DNA of 64,000 nt from Octopus vulgaris (Eukaryota), in the NCBI GenBank assembly GCA_951406725.2, contig OX597825.1:29264001-29328000 (forward strand), written 5' to 3'. Position 1 is the first letter of the stretch. The number at the start of each line of letters is the position of its first letter. The translations under genes and the position numbers were made by a program. Shown piece by piece: positions 26,908 to 40,832 of this stretch. The notes under the pieces are model-generated. The model worked only from the letters and a program-made list of their open reading frames with translations. It did not search any database and had not been told where the DNA came from.

Positions 26908-27608
26908 TTAATGAGTGTTTCATTAACAAATGAAGCTGAGATTGAATTCTTGTATGAGAATTCTTGGACCTTGATAAAAGTATTCTTCTATGGTTTTTGT
27001 TTAACGTCTGCTAGAAATAATCTTCTCTACTTTAAGGACATGACCTGAAATTTTGCTTAATCAGTAGAGCATCAAACTTTCAAGTTCCATCTGCCAGAAA
27101 TAATGTCAAAGCATTCTTGAATTGTGTACAAGAGCTGTCTGGTATCTATTTTCCCTATTTAAACATATCTTTTACCTGAGGTCAAATTTACATTCAGTGA
27201 CTCTCAGTATCAATGGTTTCCAGTTTGTGATCTGCAAACAGAATAATATTTTAACAATCTGTTTTATTTAGCAATGTTTGCCAGAATCATCAATTTATAA
27301 AAGGAGAAAAAAAAATTGTTTGGTTTAATGCCCTTGTAGTTGCTGGTTATTTATTTGTTAAATGAAAGTGAAAGTAAAATGACAGACAGGTAAAATAAAT
27401 AAAGTAGGTTTTAGAGCATTGCAGATAAGAGCACAAAAATTGGTGTTTGATATGAAATCACCATTGTTGATGTTGGCGTTAGCAGAAGTGGCATCAGCAT
27501 CATTGTCATCATCATTATTACTACCACCTCCATGAACCAGTGGTGAGGACAAACACAAGGAAAATGATAAACACATACACACACTATATGTGTATATATA
27601 TAAATATA

Positions 27609-27788
27609 TATATTAAGGGCATTACTATACATAAATGCTTCATGCTAGGCGGGACTCTTAAAGTCAAAACTACCATAATAAATGCATTGTACTGAATGTG
27701 TTTGGTACAATGTGTTTATTATGGTAGTCTTAACTTTAAGAGTCCCACCTAGTGTGAGGTATTTATGTATAGTAATGCCCTTAATATA
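27609..27788. repeat. Imperfect ~180-bp hairpin
   Basis: tatattaagggcattactatacataaat...ttgtac versus gtacaa...atttatgtatagtaatgcccttaatata. Mismatches are mostly transitions. Confidence 0.8.
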
Positions 27789-27892
27789 AATGAATATATC
27801 TAAAAGGAATAATTAAAAAAATCTTCCCTTATGAGGTTTTTCATGCTAACTACTTGATAAATTCTTATAAAGATTTTATCCTATTTTTCAAT

Positions 27893-27942
<50 letters not shown>

Positions 27943-28055
27943 TGCTCGCTTAGCCAGCGAGGTGGCGTCATTCGATAAAACAATGCGAACACATTGTGAC
28001 CAGCGATGTGTAACAACATCTGATATATCATATATATATATATATATATATATGT

Positions 28056-28087
<32 letters not shown>

Positions 28088-28092
28088 ATACA

Positions 28093-28339
28093 CAAATTTT
28101 AGGGGATTAATCGAATATGCGGGTATTCTATTTCAGATACTACAAGAATAACCTAATGTGTATATCTTACAGTAAACTCATGGTATCAGTTTGCACATCA
28201 TGAAATAATACTTAAAGGATATAACCAAAATTTCCAGCTAGGTATATAATGTACTTCATTAATTATATCATACTTTAGTTAATAATTTTGTATTATCTGA
28301 AATAGAATACCTGCATATCGATTAATTCCCCAAAATTTG
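28093..28339. repeat. Element with ~50-bp terminal inverted repeats
   Basis: caaattttaggggattaatcgaatatgcgggtattctatttcagata ... tatctgaaatagaatacctgcatatcgattaattccccaaaatttg. Confidence 0.75.
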
Positions 28340-28488
28340 AATATTGACTTTTATCAGATATTTTGTATATTTATAGATAAATATATAAATATACGATAAA
28401 TAAGACCCCAAGGTACGATATGTAGATGCATATAACGGTGTAGGGTTACTCCTGATTGATTTGGAAAATTGCTTTCCCGAGTTATTTA

Positions 28489-28537
<49 letters not shown>

Positions 28538-28564
28538 CATACACATTTACATATATGTACATAC

Positions 28565-28612
<48 letters not shown>

Positions 28613-28694
28613 TTAAATATGTACATACGATATATATATATATATATATATCTAAATCTAAATCTCTCGTAGAGACATGTACAGTGGTGGGGCG

Positions 28695-28923
28695 ATAGAA
28701 TGGTTGTATGCTGTCAATCCAACACGAATGTGACAGTAGGGGGGGGAGGGTGCACCACCACTGTATAGCCCTAGGAAGCATCGACGCCTCCTGATGGCTT
28801 TGACACATATAAAGACACACGAAAAATGTATCAAAGCCATCAGGAGGCGTCGATGCTTCCTAGGGCTATACAGCGGTGGTGCACCCCTACTGTCACGTTC
28901 GTGTTAGATTGACAGTATACAAC

Positions 28924-28931
<8 letters not shown>
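28695..28931. repeat. Near-perfect inverted repeat (~110-bp arms), likely Penelope-like fold-back
   Basis: 28695-28808 pairs with 28826-28931. The spacer contains aaagacacacGAAA, similar to the 63.7-kb core. Confidence 0.8.
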
Positions 28932-28981
<50 letters not shown>

Positions 28982-29188
28982 GAGCATGTGTGTGTCTGTA
29001 TACAAACATGAATACTCACATATGTACATATGTGTATATATAAATATATATAAAGAATATGAGGGGTTTAGTATACTGGTGATCTAAATGAATAGGTATG
29101 CTGTTATAGTGCTATAGTTGGTCGTCCATTAGGTTCCAAGCTTACAGCTGAGGCTTGATCTAGAGATAATATAATATATATATATATA

Positions 29189-29595
29189 GGCGCAGGAGTG
29201 GCTGTGTGGTAAGTAGCTTGCTAACCAACCACATGGTTCCGGGTTCAGTCCCACAGTGTGACATCTTGGGCAAGTGTCTTCTGCTATAGCCTCGGGCCGA
29301 CCAAAGCCTTGTGAGTGGATTTGGTAGACGGAAACTGAAAGAAGCCTGTTGTATATATGTATATATATGTATGTCTGTGTATATATTTGTGTGTCTGTGT
29401 TTGTCCCTCTAGCATTGCTTGACAAACGATGCTGGTGTGTTTACGTCCCCGTCACTTAGCGGTTCGGCAAAAGAGACCGATAGAATAAGTACTGGGCTTA
29501 CAAAGAATAAGTCCCAGGGTCGATTTGCTCGACTAAAGGCGGTGCACCAGCATGGCTGCAGTCAAATGATTGAAACAAGTAAAAGAGTAAAAGAA
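29189..29595 (+). mobile_element. SINE family A, full length
   Basis: Same family, inserted in (TA)n. Confidence 0.85.
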
Positions 29596-29650
29596 TATAT
29601 ATATATATATATATATATATATTCTTTTACATATATATGCATATATACTA

Positions 29651-29773
29651 TTATTAAAGCTGTAAAATTATCACAACTATTACTCAGAGTTTCACATTCC
29701 TGCTCATCGGTCTGATGATTGGGAATTTGAAACTCTGAGTAACAGTCGTGTGATAATTTTGCAGCTTTAATAA
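29651..29773. mobile_element. Fold-back Penelope-like remnant with back-to-back minimal hammerhead cores
   Basis: Palindromic arms centred at 29710. Plus strand: CTGATGA-ttgggaattt-GAAAC-TCTGAGTA-ACAGTC. Minus strand: CCGATGAG-caggaatgt-GAAACTCTGAGTA. Confidence 0.7.
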
Positions 29774-31270
29774 AAGCATATTACTCTACCTTCAGTATTT
29801 GATTACAAGTTTTACTACATTGTTTTCGCATTTATGTGCTAATGTGTGTGTGTGTGTGTGTGTTTGAGTGTGTGTGTGTGTGTGTTTGAGTGTGTGTGTG
29901 TGTGTGTATCATCATCATTATCATCGTCGTTGTCATTGTTTAATGCCTGCTTTTCATGCTGGTATAGGTTGACTGAGTTCTGGCAAGCAGAGAGGCTGCA
30001 CCAAGCTCCAATCTGATTTGGCAAGGTTTCTACAGGTGGATGCCCTTCCTAACACCAACCACTCCGAGAGTGTAGTGGGTGCTTTTTACTTGCCACTGGC
30101 ATCAAAGCCAATCAGGTGGCACTGGCATTGGCCACGCTCGAATGCTGCTTTTTACATATATATATGTAAATACACACACATCATGGACTTCCAGTTTCTG
30201 TGTACTAAATTCACTCAAAAGGCATTGGTCAATTCAGGGCCATATTAGAAGATGCTTACCCATGATGCTGTAGAGAGGGATTGAACTCAAAACTCTGTGA
30301 TTGCAAAGAAAATGTCTTAAGCACGTAGAGATTCCAGTTGTGGCCACTGGAAGAAGAACAGCAAAGCATTTTGAGAGTGTTGAACTTAGCTTGCAGAACC
30401 CCTATGTTATATTTGTGTACTCTTCCAGTCTATGGATCACAGGTCCATCATCATCATCATCATCACCATTTAGCGTCCGCTTTCCATGCTAGCATGGGTT
30501 GGATGGTTCAACTGGGGTCTGTGAAGCCAGAAGGCTGCATCAGGCCCAGTCTGATCTGGCAGTGTTTCTACGGCTGGATGCCCTTCCTAACGTCCATCAG
30601 TGATAATATAAAGGCTTTGGGACCATATGTTCAACTCTAACTGAAGAATAAGTTGAAATGGAAAAATATGATAGCTGAAGATGATTTGGATAATTGGCAG
30701 ATCAAAATTCTATAAAATATAGACAGAAATAATAGATGTTAGGTTAATAATGGTCTGGTCATTTCTCTGACAACAATATAGCAGTACGTTTTCGAATAGC
30801 AGCACCATTATAAATTTTTGACATTAAAATATTTGTTTTGTCATTTTGAATTATGATGATTAATCTCCCATCATGAATCTTGTATCAGATTTAGTTACCT
30901 TAGCAATTACATTTTTAAATGACCTTCTCTTTTTGGACCAAAATTCTGAACATTTTCCATGGAAATTGTTAATAACATTGACATTTATTCTCAGAGAAGT
31001 CAACAAAATATATTAAGCTGCATTTCTTGAATGATTTTTTTCCCTTTCCATAGACACTCGCTAAGAAAATGCCATAGTAATACAGTTTGTCTTCTGGCAT
31101 TTTTTTCTTTCTTTATTTATTTATTCCTCTACACATATTTTCCATTTCTTGTATTAATATTTTCTTCATATGTATGGTGCTCATAAATGAATACCAGGTG
31201 AAAGTTTGCTGTATCTAGCTCGGTATCTGGCAGTACCAAACTCAAATCTTGTTTGAATCAACTTACCATT

Positions 31271-31505
31271 TTATTTCTTTATTGCCTATAAGGGTTTAAA
31301 CATAGAGGGGACAAACAAGGACAGACAAAAGGATTAAGTCGATTACATTAACCCCAGTGTGCAACTAGTACTTAATTTATCGAACCCAAAAGGATGAAAG
31401 GCAAAGTTGACCTCGGTGGAATTTGAAATTAGAATGTAACAGCAGACGAAATACTGCTAAGCATTTTGCACAGCGTGCTAATGTTTCTGCCAGCTCACTG
31501 CCTTA
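31271..31505 (-). mobile_element. Family B SINE with 16-bp target duplication
   Basis: atcaa(c/t)ttaccatttt at 31257 and 31507. Confidence 0.85.
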
Positions 31506-31888
31506 CATCAATTTACCATTTTGCCACTAAGATTGACAACATGAACACTGAGACACATTCGTTGTTTATACTTCTCCCTCACATCATGTTTCTCAGGTAA
31601 CTAGTAAAAGTAATCACACCAATGTAGCTATGTGGTTAAGAAGCCTGCTTAGCAGCCCTATAGTTTCATGTTCACTACCCCTGTGTGGCACCTTGGACGA
31701 GTGGCTTCTACTATGGTCCCAGGATAACTAATGCTTTGTGTGTGAATTTGATAGACAGAAACTGTGTGGAAACCCATTGTACATACATGTGCATATATAT
31801 ATATATATAAACAGGCATACATATATATATACATATACATACATAAAGACATGCACACACACACACACAGAGGCATATATATACACAT

Positions 31889-31955
<67 letters not shown>

Positions 31956-33926
31956 AACATGTCTCTCTCACTTTCCCTCTCTCTCTTTTGTGGTAAGTAG
32001 CTTGCTTACCAACCACATGGTTCCGGGTTCAGTCCCTCTACTGGCACCTTGGGCAAGTGTCTTACCATTTTATTTCTTTATTGCCTATAAGGGGTTAAAC
32101 ATAGAGGGGACAAACAAGGACAGACAAAAGGATTAAGTCGATTACATTGACCCCAGTGTGCAACTGGTACTTAATTTATTGACCCTGAGAGGATGAAAGG
32201 CAATGTGTGTGTGTGGGTGTACATAACCCCACCATTGCTTGACAACCGATGTTGGTGTGTTCACATCTCTGTAACTTAGCAGTTCAGCAAAAGAGAACAA
32301 TAGAATAAGTACTAGGCTTACAAAGAATAAGTCCTAGGGTCAACTTGTTCGACTAAAGGTGGTGCTCTAGCATGGCCACAGTCTGATGACTGAAACAAAT
32401 AAAAGAGTAAAAGAGTATATATATATATATATTTTGATCATCATTTAATGTCCATCTTCCAGACAGAAAACTACCCCAGGCTATTATGTCTGTTTTGGCA
32501 GGGATTTTTGCCCTTCCTAACACCAACCACTCTATAGAGTGGACTCAGTGCTTTTTACATGGCACTAGCACAGGCAAGGTTAGTTTGGGCATGATTTTTA
32601 TAGCTGGCTGCCCTTCCAAATGCCAACCACTTCGCAATATGGAATGGATGGTTTTTATGTGGCACCAGCACTGGCTATGTTACCAAGTAACTCACAAGTC
32701 AAGGAATTTTGAGAAGGGCAGGAGCATTTAAGGAGGGGTCTTGTGTCAGATATTGAAAGGCTAGAGTGTGACAAAGAGACAGACAGGCAGAAACAAGTGT
32801 CTTGCTATAAAGGAAGGGGTCACTGGAGGTGGTGATCCAGTGTCAGATGATGAATGGCTAGAGTGTGACAGAGAAATAGAGATGCAGAAACAGGTATCTT
32901 GCTATAGAGGAGGTACATGGTTACCCAGTGAGAGAGAGAGAAAGAGAGAGGGGGAAGAGAGAGAGAAGAGAGAGAAGAGAAGGAAAGGAAGAGAAAGAGG
33001 GGGAGAGGAAGAGAGAGAGAGGTACAGAAAGGGTCAGAAACAGGTGTGCTGATGTATAGATGATACTTGGTTACCTAGTCAGAGGAAAAACAAGAGAAAA
33101 AGAGAGAGAGGGATCAAAAATGAGAGCAGAAATAGGTGTGCTACTGTAGAGGAGATACATGGCGACCCAGCCAGAAGGAAGAGCCTGTATGAGTAACTTT
33201 GTGGCTTTGTTTGTCACTGCCCTCAATACTTGACAACCAGTGTTTACATCCTTAAGACTTAGCATGTTGGCAAAAGAGAGCAATAAAGTAAGTACCAGAC
33301 ATAAAAAAGAAACAAAAAAAAAACTTAACTACATGGGTTGAATTGTTCACCTGAAACACTTCAAGGTGTTGCCCCAGCATGGCCACAGTCAAATAATTGA
33401 AACAAGTATAAAGTAAGAGAAATTTAAAAAAAAAAAAAATATTTCCTTGTTATTGGTTTCTAAATTTGGTGCCGGTTTGATCTGGGTGCGGTGGGGGTGG
33501 GGTGGGGGCTGAGCTTTGGACAGCGAGGAAGGTAACTAAATACTGCAAAGCAGCTGGTTCTAACTACACTAGCATTCATAACAGCAATTTATTTTGATGA
33601 TATATATTTAGCCATATGTTAGTGGCAAGGGGTAAGGAGATACACTTGATTGAAAACCATTGGTATTAATTTTATCCACACCAGAGGGATAAACATTGAA
33701 GCCAACACTGTTGGGATTTGACACCAGAAAGCAGCGACGAAGCTGGAAAGTACGTACTGTGGCTGTTTGCCATTAATAGAAGATTGCCCCCTTACATACA
33801 TACACACACACACGCACACATACACACTCAAACACACGCATGCACGCACATGCACGCACACATATGTAAAGGTACACACATGCATATACACACATTATCT
33901 ATGTATTTATCTACCTATCTGTCTGT

Positions 33927-33966
<40 letters not shown>

Positions 33967-34107
33967 ATCTATCTATCTATCTGTCTATTTGTCTGTTTGT
34001 CTGTCTATGTCTGTCTGTCTATTTCTGTCCGTCTGTCTGTATCTGTCTGTTGCTCTCTTGCTCTCTGTCTCTCACTTTATACAGACATACCAGGCACACA
34101 CACCACA

Positions 34108-34146
<39 letters not shown>

Positions 34147-34634
34147 CACAGACACATACACACCACAGACACACACACCACAGACACACACGCACCCCAC
34201 AGACATACACACATCACAGAAACACACACACACTACAGACAAACGCACACATGCACACATACATACATACACACACATACACACACACAAAAATATTTGT
34301 TTTGATGTCAATAAAAACAATCTAACATTAAACTGAAAGATTACTCAATACTTTTGCTGCACTTTTCCATGCTGGCATGGGTTGGAAACACACACAAGCC
34401 CCCCTTCCACAGACATACATATACAAGTCCTGTCCAACCCATGCTTGTATGGAAAAGTAGCTGTAATAATGAAAATGCTTAGAGAAAGTAAACCCACATC
34501 AACTTTAGTTCTGCTATTTTACTACACTTAAACAAGAACTGAGAACGCACAATGGCAAAATATCAGCTTGTCAGGATTGGTTCACCAAATCAAATTGTTT
34601 TAAATAATAATAATAATATGACTCCTACTTTATG

Positions 34635-35110
34635 GCCTACAATGGCCCAGTGGTTTGGGCAGTGGACTCGCGGATGTAGGATCGCGATTTCGATTCTCAG
34701 ACCAGGCATTGTGAGTGTTTATTGAGCGAAAACACCTAAAGCTCCACGAGGCTCCAGCTGTACTCTTTCACCACAACTTTCTCTCACTCTTTCTTCCTGT
34801 TTCTGTTGTACCTGTATTTCAGCCTTGTCACTCTCTGTGTCATGCTGAATCTCCCCGAGAACTATGTTGAGGGTACACGTGTCTGTGAAATGCTCAGCCA
34901 CTTGCACGTTAATAAATGAGCTGCGACGTCACTGGTGCCAAGCTGTATCGGCCTTTGCCTTTCCCTTGGATAACACTGGTGGCATGGAGAGGGGAGGCTG
35001 GTATGCGTGGGCAACTGCTGGTCTTCCATAAACAACCTTGCCCAGACCTGTGCCACGGAGGGTAACTTTCTAGGTGCAATTCCATGGTCATTCATGACGG
35101 AAGGGGGTCA
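34635..35110 (+). mobile_element. tRNA-derived SINE (family D-related); relatives at 9900-10135 (+), 17480-17745 (-), 35265-35525 (-)
   Basis: tggcccagtggt..atttcgattc head; shared gctcagccacttgcacgttaa block. Confidence 0.7.
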
Positions 35111-35578
35111 CAATTTAATGTGTTGGGTGCTTCTTTCTTCCATTCATCCACTAACCTCCATCTATACATACACACATGCATACATATATATACCAGCGGT
35201 GGTGCCCCAGCATGGCCGCGACCTTTGGGCTAAAACATTTTTAAGGATTTAAGGATACATATAAAAACTGGCACTCCATTGCTTACGACGACGAGGGTTC
35301 CAGTTGATTTAATCAATGGGACGGTTTGCTTGTGAGATTAACATGCAAGTGGCTGAGCACTCCACAGACATGTGTTCCCTTCACATTCTTCTCAGGGAGA
35401 TTCAGTGTGACACAAGGTGTAACAGGGCTGGCCCCTTGGAATACAGGTACTACTCATTTTTACCAGCTGAGTGGACTGGAGCAACGTGAAATAAAGTGTC
35501 CTGCTCAAGGACACAACATGCTGCTGTTCAGACACACAAACAAAGATATATATGTATATGTATAATTCTATCTATCTA

Positions 35579-35617
<39 letters not shown>

Positions 35618-36644
35618 GACTTCTTTCATTTTCTGTCTATCAAATCAACTCACAAGACTTTGGTCAGCCTGTAGCTATAGTAGAAGGTACTTCCTTGAGA
35701 TTCTATGCAGTGGTGCTAAACCTAGAACGATGTGGTTGGAAATAAAGCTTCTTACCACACTGAGCTTCATTTAGTTTCCATTAAGCAAGCCCTGGACTAT
35801 AGCAAAAAAAACACAATTTCCTGGCATCTCAAACTGCAAGACTGAACCTACAATGATGTGAGTGAGATGCAAACCTATTAATCACACTAATTTGTTCCTA
35901 TTCATATCAATAATACTTGTGGTAATAATGATAAAATCAATTTAAGTTTGTGTATAGTACTTTTTTTTGTTTTTGTTTTCCTTCCCCCTGATGATAATTA
36001 AAGGTAAATTATAAAATTTATGAGATGATTACTATTTAAAAACAAACAAATTTGCACCCTTAGCTGAATGAATACTTTATAGAAACTCATCTATTATTAT
36101 TTACTCTATTTATTTATAAGCTGTCCATCTTTATAATGAGTATTAAAGACTTACAAATGATTTTTCAATATCATTTTATGGTAAATATTGAAAAAAAATA
36201 TTTCAATGCGAAAATATTAAGAGAGAAAAGAAAAACAAAATTAAATGAAATAAAACAAGTAACTCCTTTACAAAGTACAATAAATATTTTGCAACACAAT
36301 TTTCTATCAGATTTTAAATACATTTTGTCTAAAAGCACATGTCAATTTATATGAAATGTTTAAATTTCCACTTTCAGCTGACTGTATACATTTATATAAA
36401 AGGTTTTAAATATAACAAAAAATATTATTACAATTCAGTAATACCGTTTTTTATTTTTATATATTTAAATCTAAACATAAATAGTAACTGTTTTTTTTTC
36501 TTTATTTTTTTCTCCAATACAATATCTTTTTTGTGTAGCAAGAACATAATTGATTGCCGCATTAATTAATGGCTCTCATATTAATGACCCTTGGGAGATA
36601 GAGTGACAAAGACTGACCTCAGCAGAATTTAATTGAGAACATAG

Positions 36645-37250
36645 ATTTTGGCTTCAAATTTTGTCATAAGACCAGCAATTGTAAGTGGTTTACATTGACC
36701 CCAGTATTCAACTGGTACTTATTTTATTGACCCTGAAAGGTTGAAAAACATAGCTGACCTTGGCAGAATTTGAACTCAGAGTGTAAAAACAAACAAAAGG
36801 CCACTAAGCATTCTGCCGTGCATGCTAATAATCCTGCCAGCCCGCTGCCTTAATGAGAACATCTGATATTCTTTTCTACTCTAAGTACAAGGCCTGAAAT
36901 TTTTGGGGAAGGGGCCAGTCGATTAGATCAACCCCAGTACACAACTGGTACTTAATTTATCGACACTGAAAGGATGAAGGGCAAAGTTGATCTTGGCAGA
37001 ATTTAAACTCAGAATATAAAGACAGGTGAAATACTCTTTTCTACTCTGGGCACAAGGCCTGAAATTTTGGGAGAGAGAGCCAGTTGATTAGATTGACTCC
37101 AGTACACAACTGCTACTTAAGTTATTGACCCCGAAAGGATGAAAGTCAAAGTTGATCTTGGCAGAATTTAAACTCAGAATGTAAAAACTGATGTAATACT
37201 GCTAAGCATTTCGCCTAGCATGCTGACAATTTTGTTAGCTCGCCACCTTA
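36645..37250 (-). mobile_element. Cluster of family B variant SINEs (one monomer plus a dimer)
   Basis: Three Meta-like bodies; dimer junction gaaatac|tcttttc at ~37034. Confidence 0.75.
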
Positions 37251-37867
37251 ATGAGAACATATATATTGATATAATGATGATGATGACATCTTTGTCATCA
37301 TCATTATTGTTTCCACGTCCACTTTTCTATGTTTGCATCATGTGTGAAACAAAATTTATTGAGGGTAGATTTTTTTTATGGCCCAACACTCTTCTGGTTG
37401 CCAGCTCTCTCTGTTTGCAAGCAAAGTTATATTTCCCCTTGTCATTCAAAGACTATCACTAGAATAGCTGGATAGGTCTTCCATGGAAGATTGCAAATGT
37501 ATGACACCACTTGTATGACAGTGGCACTTCTTTTTACAATTAGTGCAGAATGTCAAAACAAGAATCAAAAACACACATACACAAACACACTGACAAACAG
37601 ATACACACTACTACTCACATATACAAACATACACACACACGTACATATGTTTATCGTCTTCATCATCACTGTTGCCATTATCGTCATTGTCATCATCATC
37701 GTCATCATCGTCATCATCCTCATCACTGTCATGGAACATCCAGGTTCCATGCTGGCATGGGTTGGACTGACATGATAGGGGTACTCAGCATTCTGACATA
37801 TCTACAAATAGTCAAAGCAACATGGAATAGTAAACAGAAGGCAATGCCATCCAAGAGACAGCAATTG

Positions 37868-38440
37868 TATGCATGTATGCAAGTATGTATGCATGTATGA
37901 ATGTATTCATGTATGTATGCATGTATGTATGTATGTATGTATGCAAGTATGTATGTATTCATGTATGTATGTATGCATGTATGCATGTATGTATGCATGC
38001 ATGTATGTATGTATGCATGTATGCATGCAAATATTATGTATTCATGTATGCAAGTATGCTTGTATGCATGCATGTATACATGCATGCAAATATGTATACA
38101 TGCATGCAAGTATTATGTATGCATGTATGCATGCATGAATGCATGTATGAATGCATATATGTATGCATGTATGCATGCATGCATGTATGCATGCATGCAT
38201 GTATGCATGTATGGATACATGCATGTTTGCATGTATGCATGTATCTATGCATGTATGTATGCATGTATTCATGCATGTATGCATGTATGCATATATGAAT
38301 GTATGTATGTATGCATGTATTTATGCATGTATGTATGTATTATATATGTATGTATGTATGTATGTATTTATGCATGTATACATGTATTCATGTATATTTG
38401 TATGCATATAAGTATGTATCTATGTATATATAAATGTGTG
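37868..38440. repeat. (TATG/CATG)n degenerate tetranucleotide array
   Basis: Direct reading. Confidence 0.95.
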
Positions 38441-39054
38441 CATGTGTGTAAGTATGTCTGTAAATATTCTTCTATGTATTTATATATGTCTGTCTGTGTA
38501 TATGTAAGTATGAATGTGTTTGTGTGTTTATTGTGTTGGTTTTGTTATTCATACAATGCCATCCGTTCCTTTTTGTTGAAACTTCACTGTATTATTTCAT
38601 CTTTGATCACAGATATATTCTCCATAATCTACGTTTGATCTACAATACTAAAGGCATTCTGTGTAGCCACAGAAGCATTATATATTGCATGTGAGCTTTC
38701 AGCATTGATTGCGTGTTTTATATATAATATGTGCATTGGGACTTTAACTAATTATTGGTAAATGGCATGGTTGTTTGCTTAAGAAGTTCACTTCTGAACG
38801 ATGCAGTTTCTGGTTCAGTTTTACGTCATATCATCATGGGCAAGTGTTTTGTATTGTTAGCCTGAGGCCAGCCAATGATTTGAGAACGAATATATTAAAC
38901 TGAAACTATATGAAACTCATTGTATATGTTCGTGGATACATATTATGTGTATGTCTGTGGCTTTTAACACTCTGCACACTGCAAGAAAAACTGCTGAGGT
39001 GAAGTTTGGTGTCATCTCCCTGTCAACAAATCATCCAAGCAGTCTGGTTGTGGT

Positions 39055-39377
39055 CTAAGGGGTCTGTTCCTGGTGTGAGAGTAATATTCCATTGTGGGTC
39101 TCCCATGAGCTTTGGGTTCTGAATCTGATAATATTGGTTTCAAATTCGGGCAGAAATTCTGGGTGTGATCTAAGGGGTCTGTTCCTGGTGTGAGAGAAAT
39201 ATTCCATTGTGGGTCTCCTATGAGCTTTGGGTTCTGAATCTGAAAATATTGGTTTCAAATTTAGGCAGAAATTCTGGATGTGGCCTAAGGGGTCTGTTCC
39301 TGGTGTGAGAGAAATTTTCCATTGTGGGTCTCCCATGAGCTTTAGGTTCTGAACCTGATAATATTGGTTTCAAATTC
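39055..39377. repeat. 115-bp minisatellite, ~2.8 copies
   Basis: taaggggtctgttcctggtgtgaga at 39056, 39171 and 39286. Confidence 0.9.
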
Positions 39378-40254
39378 TATCACAAGGCCAGCAATTTCGG
39401 GTGAGGGGTATAGTCAATTACATCAACCCCAGTAATTAACTGGAACTTATTTTGTCAACCCCCAAAAGGATGAAAGGCAAAGTCAAGCTCAACAGAACTT
39501 TAACTCAGAATAGCTGAAAGGCTACTAAGCATTTTGTTTGACATGATAATGATTCTGCCAGCTTCCTCTCTGCTGTCCTCTCATTGAGAACCTATGAATT
39601 GGTAAGGACTTTTTTAGGAGAAACATGATTGCTACATTGTATTGATCAAGTAACTAAGATATAAGTTTTCCTTAGGTATTCACTCTCTGTGTTCTGAGAT
39701 CAAATCTTGCTGAAGTCAATAAAAAAAGTACTAATTCAAGGAAGCATAACTGGAATGTCCTGAGGTATCTAATTCTTCTACTTTGGATTCTAAGAGGAAT
39801 GTATTTGACAACACTGAACCAAGTTTAAGGTGACATTCCTTCCCTTTGACAGCATTGCTAATATGAAGGGGTGAGACTTGCAGGTATAGACAACTGCCCA
39901 TATCCCCCCCCCCAAAAAAAAACTTTTCCATGTCTGTACATACTGGTGCAGATACATGATCAGTTGTCACTAATGGAGGTCTTAGACTAAAATGTCAATC
40001 GTCAAATTACTGTCACCTGCAACATCTCTCTGAAAAAGACAAGATGTTGATAATCTAATCAAGCAATAACTGATCACTTCTAGCAATCAGCATCATGATG
40101 TTTTTATTGTTCTTCTCTTTGTGTGCCATGCATATAGGCATCAGTAATCATGGATCTCCATCCCAAAATCTGAAGATACATGATCTGGTTGAAGGGCAGA
40201 AAGATACAGCATTCAGCAATGGTTCCCTGATGGTTTCTACTGGAATTTTCTTTT

Positions 40255-40472
40255 CTTTTTTTGCTTCGGTCATTTGACTGTGGCCATGCTGGAGCATCGC
40301 CTTTAGATAAACAAATTGACCCTGGAACTTATTCTTTGTAAGCCTAGTACTTATACTATCAGTCTCTTTTGCTGAACCGTTAAGTTACAGGGATGTATGT
40401 AAACACACCAACATCAGTTGTCAAGTGATGGTGGGGGGACAAAAACAGGCACATAAAAGCATACATAAATAC

Positions 40473-40519
<47 letters not shown>

Positions 40520-40832
40520 ACAGGCTTCTTTCAGTTTCCCTCCACCAAATCCACTCACAAGGCTTTGGTCAGCCCGAGGCTATAGTAGCTGGCAGAAACG
40601 TTAGCACACCAGGCGAAATGCTTAGCAGTATTTCGTCTGTCTTTACGATCTGAGTTCAAATTCCACCAAGGTCAACTTTGATTTTCATTCTTTCAGGATT
40701 GATAAATTAAGCACTAGTTTCGCACTGGGGTCGATGTAATTGACTTAATCCGTTTGTCTGTCCTTGTTTGTCCCCTCTATGTTTAGCCCCTTGTGGGCAA
40801 TAAAGAAATAAGAAGACACTTGCCCAAGGTGT
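40255..40832 (-). mobile_element. SINE family A interrupted by a family B copy (40587-40812, +)
   Basis: The A sequence breaks at ggctatagtag and resumes at aagacacttgcccaagg after the B tail. Confidence 0.8.

Noticed and set aside
33484-33508. G-quadruplex motif
   Set aside because: It lies in a degenerate SINE tail region with no evidence of function.
39055-39377. CRISPR-like array
   Set aside because: The units are wholly repeated with no unique spacers, and the context is eukaryotic.
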